Of a DNA stretch of 64,000 nt, positions 20,807 to 30,707 are shown piece by piece. Below the pieces are notes generated by a model, which saw nothing but the letters and a program-made list of their open reading frames with translations, made no database searches and was not told where the DNA came from. Source of the stretch: Candidatus Levyibacteriota bacterium (GTDB lineage: Bacteria; Patescibacteriota; Microgenomatia; Levybacterales; UBA12049); contig JAJDCH010000011.1 in the NCBI GenBank assembly GCA_029260905.1, positions 512-64,511 on the forward strand, read 5' to 3'. Within the stretch, counting starts at the first letter, position 1; every line of letters starts with the position of its first letter. The position numbers and the translations under genes are program-made.

Positions 20807-21487
20807 TCAGGAATTATGAATTATGGAAAACACCTTTTCCATATCATCTTTTGTAAGTTGTCCTTCTGCCGATTGCTCGTCCAAGGTCTTCGGCACAAAA
20901 ACCATTTCATTTCCATATAGTGTTCCAAAAATTCTTGTCAGCAAACTTTTTTCACCCATTCCCAAAATAATATGCTTAATATTTTTATCCCGCAACTCCA
21001 AACCCAAATCCAAAAGCCTAATTGCGTCTTTTTCTGTTTTACAAAATGTTGATATTTTTACAATGTTTGGACTGTGCTGATCCATTGTATCAATTATTTC
21101 ACTCAATTTCTTGCTTTCTGGAGTTTCCTCATAATTATGATACGAAATAATTTTTTTAATTTTTAAATTATTATCTTTTATGTGCTCCAACTCCTCTTTT
21201 TGTGCTATATCAATATCAAGCATCGCATCGGTGTCTTCCAGAAATGAAACAATCTCAAGCCTTTTCTCAAGATTTATCTGTATTGGCTCCAGATTTTTCC
21301 TCCTGAAAAGAATTATCAATTTTTCTCTCAATTCCTCACTCAATTGACTAATAAAATTAGTATCAATCTTATCAACATAATCAATCCAGACTTCAAAAAA
21401 ATCATACTCGTGTTTGTGTTTTGAAATCATTTCCAACACATCATCTTTTGAATTTTTAATAATTGGCAAACAATAATTTATTTTCAT
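20807..21487 (-). CDS. aroD: Type I 3-dehydroquinate dehydratase
   Basis: ISYHNYEETP, IVKI, LGMGE..TR, SAEGQL; operon context. Confidence 0.88.
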   Translation of the reverse strand: MKINYCLPIIKNSKDDVLEMISKHKHEYDFFEVWIDYVDKIDTNFISQLSEELREKLIILFRRKNLEPIQINLEKRLEIVSFLEDTDAMLDIDIAQKEELEHIKDNNLKIKKIISYHNYEETPESKKLSEIIDTMDQHSPNIVKISTFCKTEKDAIRLLDLGLELRDKNIKHIILGMGEKSLLTRIFGTLYGNEMVFVPKTLDEQSAEGQLTKDDMEKVFSIIHNS

Positions 21488-21490
21488 ATT

Positions 21491-22318
21491 TTATTCTTCT
21501 CTTAATGCTTCAAGGAGTGCGTCTCGCATAATTTTTTCTGGTGCTTCAACTCCCGTATACATCCTGAACTGTTCAATTCCCTGGTGAAGAAGCATCTCAG
21601 AACCATACACGATTTTTGCGCCCTTTTTATTTGCATTTTTCAACAGTTTTGTTTCGTGTGGATTGTAGACTGCATCTAAAACGATATGTTTTTTCTCAAT
21701 CAAATTTTCAGGAAGAAAGAGTTTATCCACTTCAGGACTCATTCCAACAGATGTCATATTCAAAATAATATCTATTTCTTTTATTTTTTCTACATCCGTT
21801 AAAGGAAAGTATTCACAGTCAAAATCCTCAGCAAGTTTTTTTGCTTTTTCTACTGTCCTATTAAAAATGCTTACCCTTGCTCCTTTTTTGATAAGTCCGT
21901 AAACAGCAGCCCTTGCAGCACCACCTGCTCCCAAGACAGCCGCTTTTTTCCCGTTAATTTCTGTCACATTTTTAAGAGAATTTACAACGCCAAGCCAGTC
22001 AGTATTGTACCCTGTTAATCTTCCATTATCGTTCACAACCGTATTTACTGCTCCAATTTCTTTTGCGGTATCATCTATATTATCCAAAAAATTCATTATT
22101 TCCTGTTTGAAAGGAATTATCACACTCACCCCTCTTATCTGCATCGCTTTTACTCCCTTCACAAAATCTTCCAAGTCCTCTATCTTCAGACTTGCTGAGA
22201 GGTAAACAAAGTCAAGTCCCAGTTCCTGATATCCTGCATTATGCATAATAGGTGACATTGATTTCCTGCCTAACCCTCCAATATTCATACATATTTTTGT
22301 GCTTGATGTTATTTTCAT
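21491..22318 (-). CDS. aroE: Shikimate dehydrogenase
   Basis: SMSP.MHN, PFK, GAVNT, GYNTD, GAGGAARA. Confidence 0.95.
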   Translation of the reverse strand: MKITSSTKICMNIGGLGRKSMSPIMHNAGYQELGLDFVYLSASLKIEDLEDFVKGVKAMQIRGVSVIIPFKQEIMNFLDNIDDTAKEIGAVNTVVNDNGRLTGYNTDWLGVVNSLKNVTEINGKKAAVLGAGGAARAAVYGLIKKGARVSIFNRTVEKAKKLAEDFDCEYFPLTDVEKIKEIDIILNMTSVGMSPEVDKLFLPENLIEKKHIVLDAVYNPHETKLLKNANKKGAKIVYGSEMLLHQGIEQFRMYTGVEAPEKIMRDALLEALREE

Positions 22319-22809
22319 TATTTTATTTTTACTACTATATCCTCTACTACTTCATCAACTTTTTTATCATCGGTTGAGATTTCAAAATCTGCATATTTAT
22401 TATACAAAGCTTTACGCAAATCATACAGCGCTTTTGCTTTTTCCTTATTTTCAAAAAGAGGACGCGGAATCTTTGGATTGATTCTTTTTAGAACTGTTTC
22501 AAAACTTGCAGTAAGCGCAACTATCAAAGAGTTCTTTTTCAGATTTTTAACATTCTCATCTCTCATAACCACACCACCACCAGTCGAGATTACACCCTTG
22601 GTTGTGTCTCTCAGATCAGCACAAACTTTAGATTCATATTTCCTAAAAAGCTCTTCACCACCAATTTCAAAAATTTCTTCAATACTCATACCTGCCTTCT
22701 TAACAATCAAATCATCCATCTCGATAACATGCGTATCAAGTCTTTTGACAAGAACTTGTGCTACTGTACTTTTACCAGTTCCCATAAATCCTATCAAAAC
22801 TATTTTCAT
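22318..22809 (-). CDS. aroK: Shikimate kinase
   Basis: GFMGTGKS, FR.YE, STGGG, RPL. Confidence 0.94.
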   Translation of the reverse strand: MKIVLIGFMGTGKSTVAQVLVKRLDTHVIEMDDLIVKKAGMSIEEIFEIGGEELFRKYESKVCADLRDTTKGVISTGGGVVMRDENVKNLKKNSLIVALTASFETVLKRINPKIPRPLFENKEKAKALYDLRKALYNKYADFEISTDDKKVDEVVEDIVVKIK

Positions 22810-24089
22810 ATTTCTTCCTCCTCTATTTTAATTCCTATTTCTTTTAATTTTTTCCAAAAATCAGGAAATGATTTGCTAACAACTTCTGGATTATTTATAG
22901 TTATTCCATCAATTTTTGTACCCGCAACAGCAAAACTCATCGCCATCCGATGATCTCCATATGTATCAATTGCTGCTGATTTTGGGACACCGCCATGGAT
23001 AATAATTGAATCTTCAGTTGTATTTGTTTTAATTCCCATTTTTGCCAATTCTTCCTCAACTGCTTTTACCCTTTCTGTTTCTTTATGTCTTAAAGTCTTA
23101 ATTCCTGTTATTTTTGTATCACCTTTTGCAAACGCAGCAAGCACAGAAAGGGTTTGAGCCTGATCGGGACAATTGTTCATATTTATATTAATTGGTGATA
23201 TTCCCTTGCCTACAATTGTTATCTCTTGTTCTCCAAAATTAATCTCCTGCCCCATCTTCTCAAGAATTTTTAAAAAATTTATATCCGCTTGGACTGATTT
23301 GGGATTAACATTTTTAACTGTAATTTTTGATTTGGTAAGCGCTGCAATTGCAAAAAAATACGACGCGCTTGAAAGATCTGTTTCAACTAAATATGAATTA
23401 GCATCATATTCATTACCCAAAATCAAATATTCTCTATAATTATTATTTAAAACTTCAATTCCAAATTGATTCAAAATATCAATTGTCATATCAACATATG
23501 ACTTTGAAACCTGCTCATTTTTTACATTAATTTTTTCAATCCCTGCAATAGGCGCAATCATAAGAAGCGAACTTAAATACTGGCTACTCAAACTTCCGTT
23601 TATGCTTATTTCTTTTTTACCCAGATCTGCTGATACAACACTTACAGGCGGAAATCCTTTTTCTCCAAGATAATCTATCTTTGCGCCAAGTTCTCTCAAT
23701 GCATCCACCTCATCACCAATCGGTCTCTTATTTAGCCCTTCAAGTCCATAAATCTTTTTAACGCCTGGCACTATTATTGAAAGTGCTAGAATAAATTTCA
23801 GAGTAATTCCAGAAAGACTTGCATTTAAATTATAACTACCTTCCTTGACATCTCTTATATCACCAACAACTTCAACAGAATCTTCTTCTTCAACAATTTT
23901 TATTCCCAGAGATTTCAAGCAAAAAATCATTGCTTTTGTGTCATCACTGATCAGCGGGTTTAAAATCACAACTGGCTTTTTTGTAAGTGTTGCCAAAAGC
24001 AAAGCTCTTATTGTATAGCTTTTTGATGAAGGTATATTAATTGATGAATCAATTGATTCTCTGAGCGGATGTATTGTAATTTTTTTCAT
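22806..24089 (-). CDS. aroA: EPSP synthase
   Basis: PSSKS..R, SSQY.S, LRHKETER, DHRMAM, KSFP. Confidence 0.95.
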   Translation of the reverse strand: MKKITIHPLRESIDSSINIPSSKSYTIRALLLATLTKKPVVILNPLISDDTKAMIFCLKSLGIKIVEEEDSVEVVGDIRDVKEGSYNLNASLSGITLKFILALSIIVPGVKKIYGLEGLNKRPIGDEVDALRELGAKIDYLGEKGFPPVSVVSADLGKKEISINGSLSSQYLSSLLMIAPIAGIEKINVKNEQVSKSYVDMTIDILNQFGIEVLNNNYREYLILGNEYDANSYLVETDLSSASYFFAIAALTKSKITVKNVNPKSVQADINFLKILEKMGQEINFGEQEITIVGKGISPININMNNCPDQAQTLSVLAAFAKGDTKITGIKTLRHKETERVKAVEEELAKMGIKTNTTEDSIIIHGGVPKSAAIDTYGDHRMAMSFAVAGTKIDGITINNPEVVSKSFPDFWKKLKEIGIKIEEEEI

Positions 24090-25165
24090 TTTGCCACATA
24101 GGATAAAGTTTTTTTTAAATTTTCGTCCGAAACATTTCTATCATAGACTCCCACCCCAATATTTTTTAACAATGTAAAATTAATTTTTGTAAATTCATTT
24201 TTTTTATCAGACTTCATTTTTTCAATTAAATTTTCGATCTCAAAACCAGATACACCTGTAGGAAGTCCTGCGTCAATAATCGCTGTTTCAATCTTTTCAA
24301 ACTCCTCCTGAGTTAGCAAGCTCTCGAGCACAGACAACTTGGCCTCAGCCACCATACCTATACTTATCGCTTCACCATGAAGTAAAGGATTTAAGGTCTC
24401 AAGACTCAGTGCCTCAAACGCATGACCTATCGTATGACCAAAATTCAAAAGCTTTCTTAACCCCATTTCATTTTCATCAGAAACAATAATCTCTTTTTTT
24501 ATCTCTATTGATCTATAAATCAGATCAACCAATTCTTCTTTGTCAAAACCTTTTAAAGATTTTGCAGTCACTTTTTCAAAATAATCCTTATCTTTAATAA
24601 GACCGTGTTTTATAATCTCTGAAAAACCTGACAAAAACTCTCTCTCTGGAAGACTGTCCAAAAAATTTACATCTATAATCACACTCATTGGTTGAATAAA
24701 TGTTCCAATTAAATTCTTAATATTCCCAAAATCAATTCCTGTTTTACCACCCACACTTGCATCAACCATTGACAAAAGAGTAGTTGGAATATTTAAGAAA
24801 TCAATTCCCCGCATATATGTACCTGCGGCAAATCCTCCCATATCGGTAATTACTCCCCCTCCCAGATTTATGACAAGTGATTTACGGTCAAATCTGTTCT
24901 CCAGAAGCGTCTTCCAGATTATTTCAATTGACTTAATGTTTTTTGATTTTTCACCTGATGCAAGAATTATGGAAACAGAATCTTTTGGCAAAACCAATAA
25001 TAATCTATCAAGAAAAAGCGACTTTATGTTCTCATCGGTTATTACTGCAATCTTTGAATATTGTGAAAGATCAACAACTGCTGAGAGCTTCTCAATAAGT
25101 CCCTTATCTACAAAAATCCCGTACTGACTTTGTCTGTTCAAAATGGTTATTGTTATTTGTTTCAT
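24086..25165 (-). CDS. aroB: 3-dehydroquinate synthase
   Basis: GGGVITD, PTTLL..VDASVGGKT, LNFGHTIGHA, LLHGEA. Confidence 0.95.
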   Translation of the reverse strand: MKQITITILNRQSQYGIFVDKGLIEKLSAVVDLSQYSKIAVITDENIKSLFLDRLLLVLPKDSVSIILASGEKSKNIKSIEIIWKTLLENRFDRKSLVINLGGGVITDMGGFAAGTYMRGIDFLNIPTTLLSMVDASVGGKTGIDFGNIKNLIGTFIQPMSVIIDVNFLDSLPEREFLSGFSEIIKHGLIKDKDYFEKVTAKSLKGFDKEELVDLIYRSIEIKKEIIVSDENEMGLRKLLNFGHTIGHAFEALSLETLNPLLHGEAISIGMVAEAKLSVLESLLTQEEFEKIETAIIDAGLPTGVSGFEIENLIEKMKSDKKNEFTKINFTLLKNIGVGVYDRNVSDENLKKTLSYVAK

Positions 25166-25166
25166 A

Positions 25167-26096
25167 TTATTCACCAAGCTTTAAGAAATAACTGTTTATT
25201 TTCGAAACACTTAAAAGCTTTTTCCTAGATAGTTTTCTCTTGTAATTTTTTATCTCAGAACCTGTTGGAATTGCAGAAACATTTCCAACCCGCCTACATT
25301 GCATTGCAGCAATAGAGTTGGCAAATCCTGCAGAATCTCTCAAGCTCCACTTCTTTATTATACCGTATGTGAATGCGCCTCTGTATATATCTCCTGCTCC
25401 AGTTGTATCAACTACCGATACCATTCTTGCCGGTATAAGATCGGTGTTTTCTCCATCATAAATAATGCTTCCAAGCTCACCCAAGGTAATGACAAAAGCC
25501 TTGCCACAGATTTTATACAAACAATTGAGACAAGAGCTAAAATCACGCTTGTTACAAAAGTTAGCAATTGAGTCAATTGGAATAATTGGATAGTCAGCAT
25601 GCCTCATCATATCTTTTACAAAGCTAGTTACCTCGGTTGAGGGATCTATTATTATCTTCGCTGATTGCTTTTTGTTTTTTACTATTTCATAAAAAGCCTT
25701 TCTCTCATGTCTGTCGATAATAATAAAATCAAATTGCTCAATAAATTTCTTTTCCATCTTTTCAATTGCTCTATGCTTTACTGGTCCTCTTATTTTTTTT
25801 CTTTGCCCTGAAATCGGATCAATTAAAATTGTGTTTACTTTAGTGTTATTTTGAAGATTATTAATCGTTTTTATTTTTTCCTCCTTCAAGGTATTAATTA
25901 TCATCTCTCCCTCAGAATCATTTCCAACACTAGTTAGAAATGTACAATCTATCCCAAGTCGTGAAAGTAGAATCATTGATGTCAAAACAGGACCACCGAT
26001 ATTTCTTTTTTCTGTCTGCTCTTTTGCGCCTACAAAAAAGATATTATCTATAACTGATTCTCCAATTCCAAGTATTTTCATATTTGTTTTTGACAT
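25167..26096 (-). CDS. PfkB/ribokinase family carbohydrate kinase, first gene of the aro operon
   Basis: GGP..T...LSRLG, VGND..G, ITLGELG, DTTGAGD. Confidence 0.88.
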   Translation of the reverse strand: MSKTNMKILGIGESVIDNIFFVGAKEQTEKRNIGGPVLTSMILLSRLGIDCTFLTSVGNDSEGEMIINTLKEEKIKTINNLQNNTKVNTILIDPISGQRKKIRGPVKHRAIEKMEKKFIEQFDFIIIDRHERKAFYEIVKNKKQSAKIIIDPSTEVTSFVKDMMRHADYPIIPIDSIANFCNKRDFSSCLNCLYKICGKAFVITLGELGSIIYDGENTDLIPARMVSVVDTTGAGDIYRGAFTYGIIKKWSLRDSAGFANSIAAMQCRRVGNVSAIPTGSEIKNYKRKLSRKKLLSVSKINSYFLKLGE

Positions 26097-26124
26097 AAAA
26101 AAACCTCCCTATTTATGGGAGGTT
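26097..26124 (-). terminator. Attenuator terminator; its 3' arm contains the pfkB SD
   Basis: AACCTCCC-ataaata-GGGAGGTT followed by a U run immediately before the ATG. Confidence 0.85.
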
Positions 26125-26160
26125 ATACTTTATAGCGCTTTAACACGCCAAACTACCTCC

Positions 26161-26211
26161 CTAGGAAGTAAAGTAAAACCAAATCTTGACTAGTTGCTGA
26201 ATATTTTTCAT
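26161..26211 (-). CDS. Aromatic amino acid leader peptide MKNIQQLVKIWFYFTS
   Basis: 16 codons with tandem TGG TTT TAC TTT; stop overlaps the antiterminator GGGAGGT. Confidence 0.85.
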   Translation of the reverse strand: MKNIQQLVKIWFYFTS

Positions 26212-26222
26212 ATGACTTTCAG

Positions 26223-26251
26223 ATTATAAACCTACCTGCCTCAAAAATCAA
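26223..26251 (-). promoter_or_regulatory. Sigma70 promoter of the leader-pfkB-aro operon
   Basis: TTGATT-17-TATAAT. Confidence 0.8.
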
Positions 26252-26259
26252 GACTACGC

Positions 26260-27048
26260 TTAGAAAACCATTTCTTTCAAAAATTTCGAAACATTTTTTT
26301 CAATCTCATTCTCTTTTGAATCTCTAATAACATCAATTATTGCTGATCCAATTACAGCAATTTCGGCTTTACCTAAAAGTGAGCCAATTTGTTCTTTGCT
26401 TGAAATCCCAAAGCCGACTGCAATCGGAATTGAGAAAAACTTTTTTATTCTTTCCAGATTTTTACTCAATTGAGAATCTAGATTCTCTTTTACACCAGTG
26501 GTGCCACGACGTGACGTGACGTAAACAAAACCCTCTGCCTTTTCTGCATTAAGCTTCACCCGATGATCAGGTGAGAAAGATGAAATAACCTGAATATTGT
26601 AAAGCTTGTACTTTTGACAATATTCAAGCAGATGTTCATCTCCTTCTTCATCAACTGGCATATCAGGAACAATTATCCCAGATGCACCAGCCTCTTTTGC
26701 ATCTTTGCAAAATTTTTCAACTCCGTATTTAAATACAATATTGTAATAACACATAAAAAGAAGTGGGATTTTAATTTCCTTAGCAAGCTTTTTCATAACA
26801 ATGAAACTATCTTTTACTTTTATGCCTCGTGCTAAAGAATCCTCACATGCTTTCATTATCGTTGGTCCATCAGCCAGCGGATCAGAAAAAGGAATCTGCA
26901 ACTCCACCATGTCAGCTCCTGCTTCTTCCAAAATTTTAACTATCTCAATTGTTTTCTCAACCGATGGAAAACCAACAACAGTATGCGCCATTATCCCAAT
27001 CCTGCTATCATTTTTGATTTGTGCCAATTTTTGATCAATCAAATTCAT
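26260..27048 (-). CDS. trpA: Tryptophan synthase alpha chain
   Basis: ELQIPFSDPLADGPTI, GTTG, VGFGIS. Confidence 0.96.
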   Translation of the reverse strand: MNLIDQKLAQIKNDSRIGIMAHTVVGFPSVEKTIEIVKILEEAGADMVELQIPFSDPLADGPTIMKACEDSLARGIKVKDSFIVMKKLAKEIKIPLLFMCYYNIVFKYGVEKFCKDAKEAGASGIIVPDMPVDEEGDEHLLEYCQKYKLYNIQVISSFSPDHRVKLNAEKAEGFVYVTSRRGTTGVKENLDSQLSKNLERIKKFFSIPIAVGFGISSKEQIGSLLGKAEIAVIGSAIIDVIRDSKENEIEKNVSKFLKEMVF

Positions 27049-27055
27049 ACAACTC

Positions 27056-28279
27056 CTAACTCCCTATTCCTAATTCACTGATATATTCTTTTAGGAACTC
27101 GTAAAACTTTTTATCATTAAATGCCTTTGCAAGTATAAACAAATCCTTGTCTCCTCTTCCAGATAAATTTACAACAATTACCTTTTCTTTACTAAGAGTT
27201 GGTGCCAATTTTAGTGCATAAGAAACAGCATGTGCTGATTCAAGCGCAGTAATTATTCCCTCGGTTTTTGATAAAACATCAACTGCCTCAACTGCCTCCA
27301 TATCAGTTACACTGACAAAACCAACTCTTTTTTTATCATGTAAAAGACTTAGCTCTGGACCAATGCCTGGATAATCAAGACCTGCTGAAATACTGTGAGT
27401 CTTTTGGAGTTGTCCATCGCTGTCTTGAAGAAAATAAGATTTATAACCTTCAACTACTCCAACACTGCCTGTTGGAAAACGCGTTGCATTATCACCTATT
27501 TTTTTTCCTCTTCCACCTGCCTCAACGCCGATAAGTTTTACTGATTTATCTTTTATAAAATTAGTAAAAGCACCCATCGCATTGCTTCCACCACCTACAC
27601 AGGCAACTACATAATCAGGCAGTAAGCCCTCTGTTTCCCTGAGTTGTTTTCTTATCTCACTCCCAACAATTGACTGAAAATCCCTATTCATTGTTGGAAA
27701 AGGATGCGGACCAACAACTGATCCAAGAAGATAATGCGTATCCTCCACATTCTCAATCCAGTCCTTAATCGCCGCATTTACTGCATCTTTTAATGTCTTA
27801 CTACCAAAACCAACAGGCGCCACTTTTGCGCCAAGTCTTTCCATCAAAAAAACATTTGGTCTTTGTCTTTTTATATCTTCTTCTCCCATATAAACTGTGC
27901 ATGCAAATCCAAGTTTTGCAGCAACTGTTGCAGTTGCCACCCCATGCTGACCTGCACCAGTTTCAGCAATAAGTCTTTTTTTACCAAGTCTTTTTGCGAT
28001 AAGTGCTTGTCCTAGACAATGAGTTATTTTATGCGCGCCTGTATGATTAAGTCCTTCATTTTTCAGATAAATCTTGGCACCCCCTAATTTTTCAGTCAGG
28101 TTTTTGGCAAAAATAAGAGGTGTCGGACGACCAGAGTAATTTTTCAAAAGATCTTCAAACTCCTTTTCAAATTTTTTATCCTTTTTTGCATCAATATACG
28201 CATTCTCCAACTCCTCAAGAGCTGGAATTAACATCTCCGGTACATACGCTCCTCCATATTTTCCAAAATGACTTTTCAT
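27056..28279 (-). CDS. trpB: Tryptophan synthase beta chain
   Basis: [30 protein letters not shown]. Confidence 0.97.
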   Translation of the reverse strand: MKSHFGKYGGAYVPEMLIPALEELENAYIDAKKDKKFEKEFEDLLKNYSGRPTPLIFAKNLTEKLGGAKIYLKNEGLNHTGAHKITHCLGQALIAKRLGKKRLIAETGAGQHGVATATVAAKLGFACTVYMGEEDIKRQRPNVFLMERLGAKVAPVGFGSKTLKDAVNAAIKDWIENVEDTHYLLGSVVGPHPFPTMNRDFQSIVGSEIRKQLRETEGLLPDYVVACVGGGSNAMGAFTNFIKDKSVKLIGVEAGGRGKKIGDNATRFPTGSVGVVEGYKSYFLQDSDGQLQKTHSISAGLDYPGIGPELSLLHDKKRVGFVSVTDMEAVEAVDVLSKTEGIITALESAHAVSYALKLAPTLSKEKVIVVNLSGRGDKDLFILAKAFNDKKFYEFLKEYISELGIGS

Positions 28280-28896
28280 AAATCTGCCCCCTTTGCATTT
28301 CTTATAAAACTTTTTATCTTTTTCAAGTCCTGTATCCCATCTGTTTCAACTCCCGATGCAACATCAACAATTTGTGGATATACTTTTTTTATAACATCTG
28401 CCACGTTTTCAGGACTGAGTCCTCCGGCTGATATCAGGGGAAACTCTTTTGCAAGTATCGCAACCTTTTCAAGATTTAACATAGGTCCTTCACTTTGCTT
28501 TATTCTATCAACCAGATAATACTCAACATCATACTTACTCATCTTAGCTCTAGCTTCTTCAAGATCAAAATTCCCCGGAAATCTGAAAGCTTTAATGACT
28601 TTTATCTTTATCTGATTTGTATATTCCGGTGTTTCATCGCCATGCAACTGTGCATAATCAAGATTGCAGTCTTTTATTATTTTCTGGACTATATCAAGAG
28701 GCATGTTTTGAAAAACACCAACCAGTTTTATTTTTCCTTTCATTTTTTTCCCTATTTCTATTGCAGTTCCCATATCAACTGTATGTGTTTTTATTAAGGG
28801 CATAAAAACCATTCCCAGAAATTCAGCCCCTTCAGAAGCTGCTAACTCCGCCACTTCAAGGCTTCTGGTTGCACATATTTTTACTTTTACATTCAT
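28276..28896 (-). CDS. trpF: Phosphoribosylanthranilate isomerase
   Basis: [25 protein letters not shown]. Confidence 0.93.
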   Translation of the reverse strand: MNVKVKICATRSLEVAELAASEGAEFLGMVFMPLIKTHTVDMGTAIEIGKKMKGKIKLVGVFQNMPLDIVQKIIKDCNLDYAQLHGDETPEYTNQIKIKVIKAFRFPGNFDLEEARAKMSKYDVEYYLVDRIKQSEGPMLNLEKVAILAKEFPLISAGGLSPENVADVIKKVYPQIVDVASGVETDGIQDLKKIKSFIRNAKGADL

Positions 28897-29702
28897 ATAT
28901 TTCTTAAACCATCAATAAACTCTCTTACATTTTCTGCCTGCATTAGACTTGTCCCAACCAACACCCCCGTTGCTCCAGCTTTTTTGTATTTCTCAACTTC
29001 ATGTTTGGAATTAATACCCGAGAATCCAAGTTTTATAAAATTGTTAGGAATTTTATTCAAGAGATTGCATGCATTGTCAACATTAATTTCAAATGTAGAT
29101 AAATCACGCGCGTTAACAGCAATAATTGACGTATTGGTAGAGAGCGCTTTTCTAAAATCCTCATCGCTTTGAATTTCAACAACTGGTTCAACGCCTAACC
29201 TCCGACAAAGATTTACATATTTATTTAGAACTTGTCCTTCAACGAGCCTTGCAATAAGTAAAATTGCATCCGAGCCAACACTTTTTGCTTCATAAATTTG
29301 ATACTCATCAATTACAAAGTCTTTTTGAAGAACAGGAAGTGTTGCCACTTTTAAAAGTTCAGGGATATCTGCTACTTCACCTTTAAAAAAACTTCTCTCA
29401 GTTATAAAACTAATCCCATCTGCTCCAGCCTCTTCATATTTTTTTGCTCTTTCAAGAAGACCAGATCTATCACTAAGAGTTGGATTTGAAGGTGATGCAA
29501 ATTTTATCTCGGCAATAAGCGCTATGCCACCCTTTTTAGGATTTTCTATTGCGACCTTGAATTTATCTGTCAGCTTAAACCTATCAAATCGGTTTATCAA
29601 TTCCCCAACCGATACATGCTTTTTCTTCTCCCTTATAACTTGTCTCGTATTCTCAACAATTTGAGACAAAATCTTATTTAAATTCTGCTTATTGCTAAAC
29701 AT
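28893..29702 (-). CDS. trpC: Indole-3-glycerol phosphate synthase
   Basis: IAEIKFASPS, LQKDFVIDEYQI, VNARDL. Confidence 0.93.
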   Translation of the reverse strand: MFSNKQNLNKILSQIVENTRQVIREKKKHVSVGELINRFDRFKLTDKFKVAIENPKKGGIALIAEIKFASPSNPTLSDRSGLLERAKKYEEAGADGISFITERSFFKGEVADIPELLKVATLPVLQKDFVIDEYQIYEAKSVGSDAILLIARLVEGQVLNKYVNLCRRLGVEPVVEIQSDEDFRKALSTNTSIIAVNARDLSTFEINVDNACNLLNKIPNNFIKLGFSGINSKHEVEKYKKAGATGVLVGTSLMQAENVREFIDGLRNI

Positions 29703-30705
29703 TTTGTGTCTCCTTTACTAAATCGCTAAGTATATTTTTTGCACTTCCACTATCAATTGATTCTTTAGCTAGTCTTATTCCATCTGAGATATTTCTTGCT
29801 TTTCCGGATACATACAGCGCAGCAGCGCTATTAAGAACTACGATATCCCGTCTTGGTCCTTTTACGCCATCTAAAACATCTGTTATGAATTTTGCATTTT
29901 CTGATAAATCCCCTTCAGCAATATCTGTTTTGGTAGACATTTCAAATCCAAAATCTTTTGGATCAATTTCAAAATTACTCATAACTCCTTTTTTAAATTC
30001 AAAAACATCAGTTTTACTAGATAAACTTATCTCATCCATTCCATCTCTACTTGCAACAATCAGCAGATGTTCATAGCCCAAACTTTTTGCTACTTTAATA
30101 AGTTTCTCTGCAATATCTTTACTTAGTACACCAATTATTTGTTTTTTAACAGTTGTTGGATTTAAAAAAGGTCCAAGAAAATTAAAAACAGTTCTTATTT
30201 TTAGGTCTTTTCTAACAACTACTACGTTTTTTGTCGCTGGATGAAAAAGCGGCGCAAAAAGAAAAACCATTTTTACTTTTTGCAAAACTTTTTTCGCTGC
30301 ATCTGCTGATAAGTTAATATTTACGCCCAGTTCCTCCAAAACATCAGCGCTTCCACACTTACTACTTGCTGCTCTATTACCATGCTTAGCAACCGGCACT
30401 CCTGCGCCTGCTACTACAAAAGCTACGGCAGTTGAAATGTTAAAACTTCCTGATTTGTCTCCCCCAGTTCCACAAACATCGATTGCGCCGTCAAACTCAA
30501 TCTTAACCATTTTTTCCTGCATGGCTTTTACAAGACTTGAAATCTCAGATACTGTCTCACCCTTTATCGAAAGCGCAGTCAGAATAGCACCAGCCTGCAC
30601 TGGTGTTATACTTCCGTCTATTACTCCTTCAAGAAAAAAATTTATCTCCCCGCCTGTAAGATCTTTTTTTTCTATTAACTTATTTAATATCAAAATTGCA
30701 TCCAT
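29695..30705 (-). CDS. trpD: Anthranilate phosphoribosyltransferase
   Basis: DVCGTGGD, NISTA, KHGNR..SSKCGSAD. Confidence 0.96.
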   Translation of the reverse strand: MDAILILNKLIEKKDLTGGEINFFLEGVIDGSITPVQAGAILTALSIKGETVSEISSLVKAMQEKMVKIEFDGAIDVCGTGGDKSGSFNISTAVAFVVAGAGVPVAKHGNRAASSKCGSADVLEELGVNINLSADAAKKVLQKVKMVFLFAPLFHPATKNVVVVRKDLKIRTVFNFLGPFLNPTTVKKQIIGVLSKDIAEKLIKVAKSLGYEHLLIVASRDGMDEISLSSKTDVFEFKKGVMSNFEIDPKDFGFEMSTKTDIAEGDLSENAKFITDVLDGVKGPRRDIVVLNSAAALYVSGKARNISDGIRLAKESIDSGSAKNILSDLVKETQNV

Positions 30706-30707
30706 AA

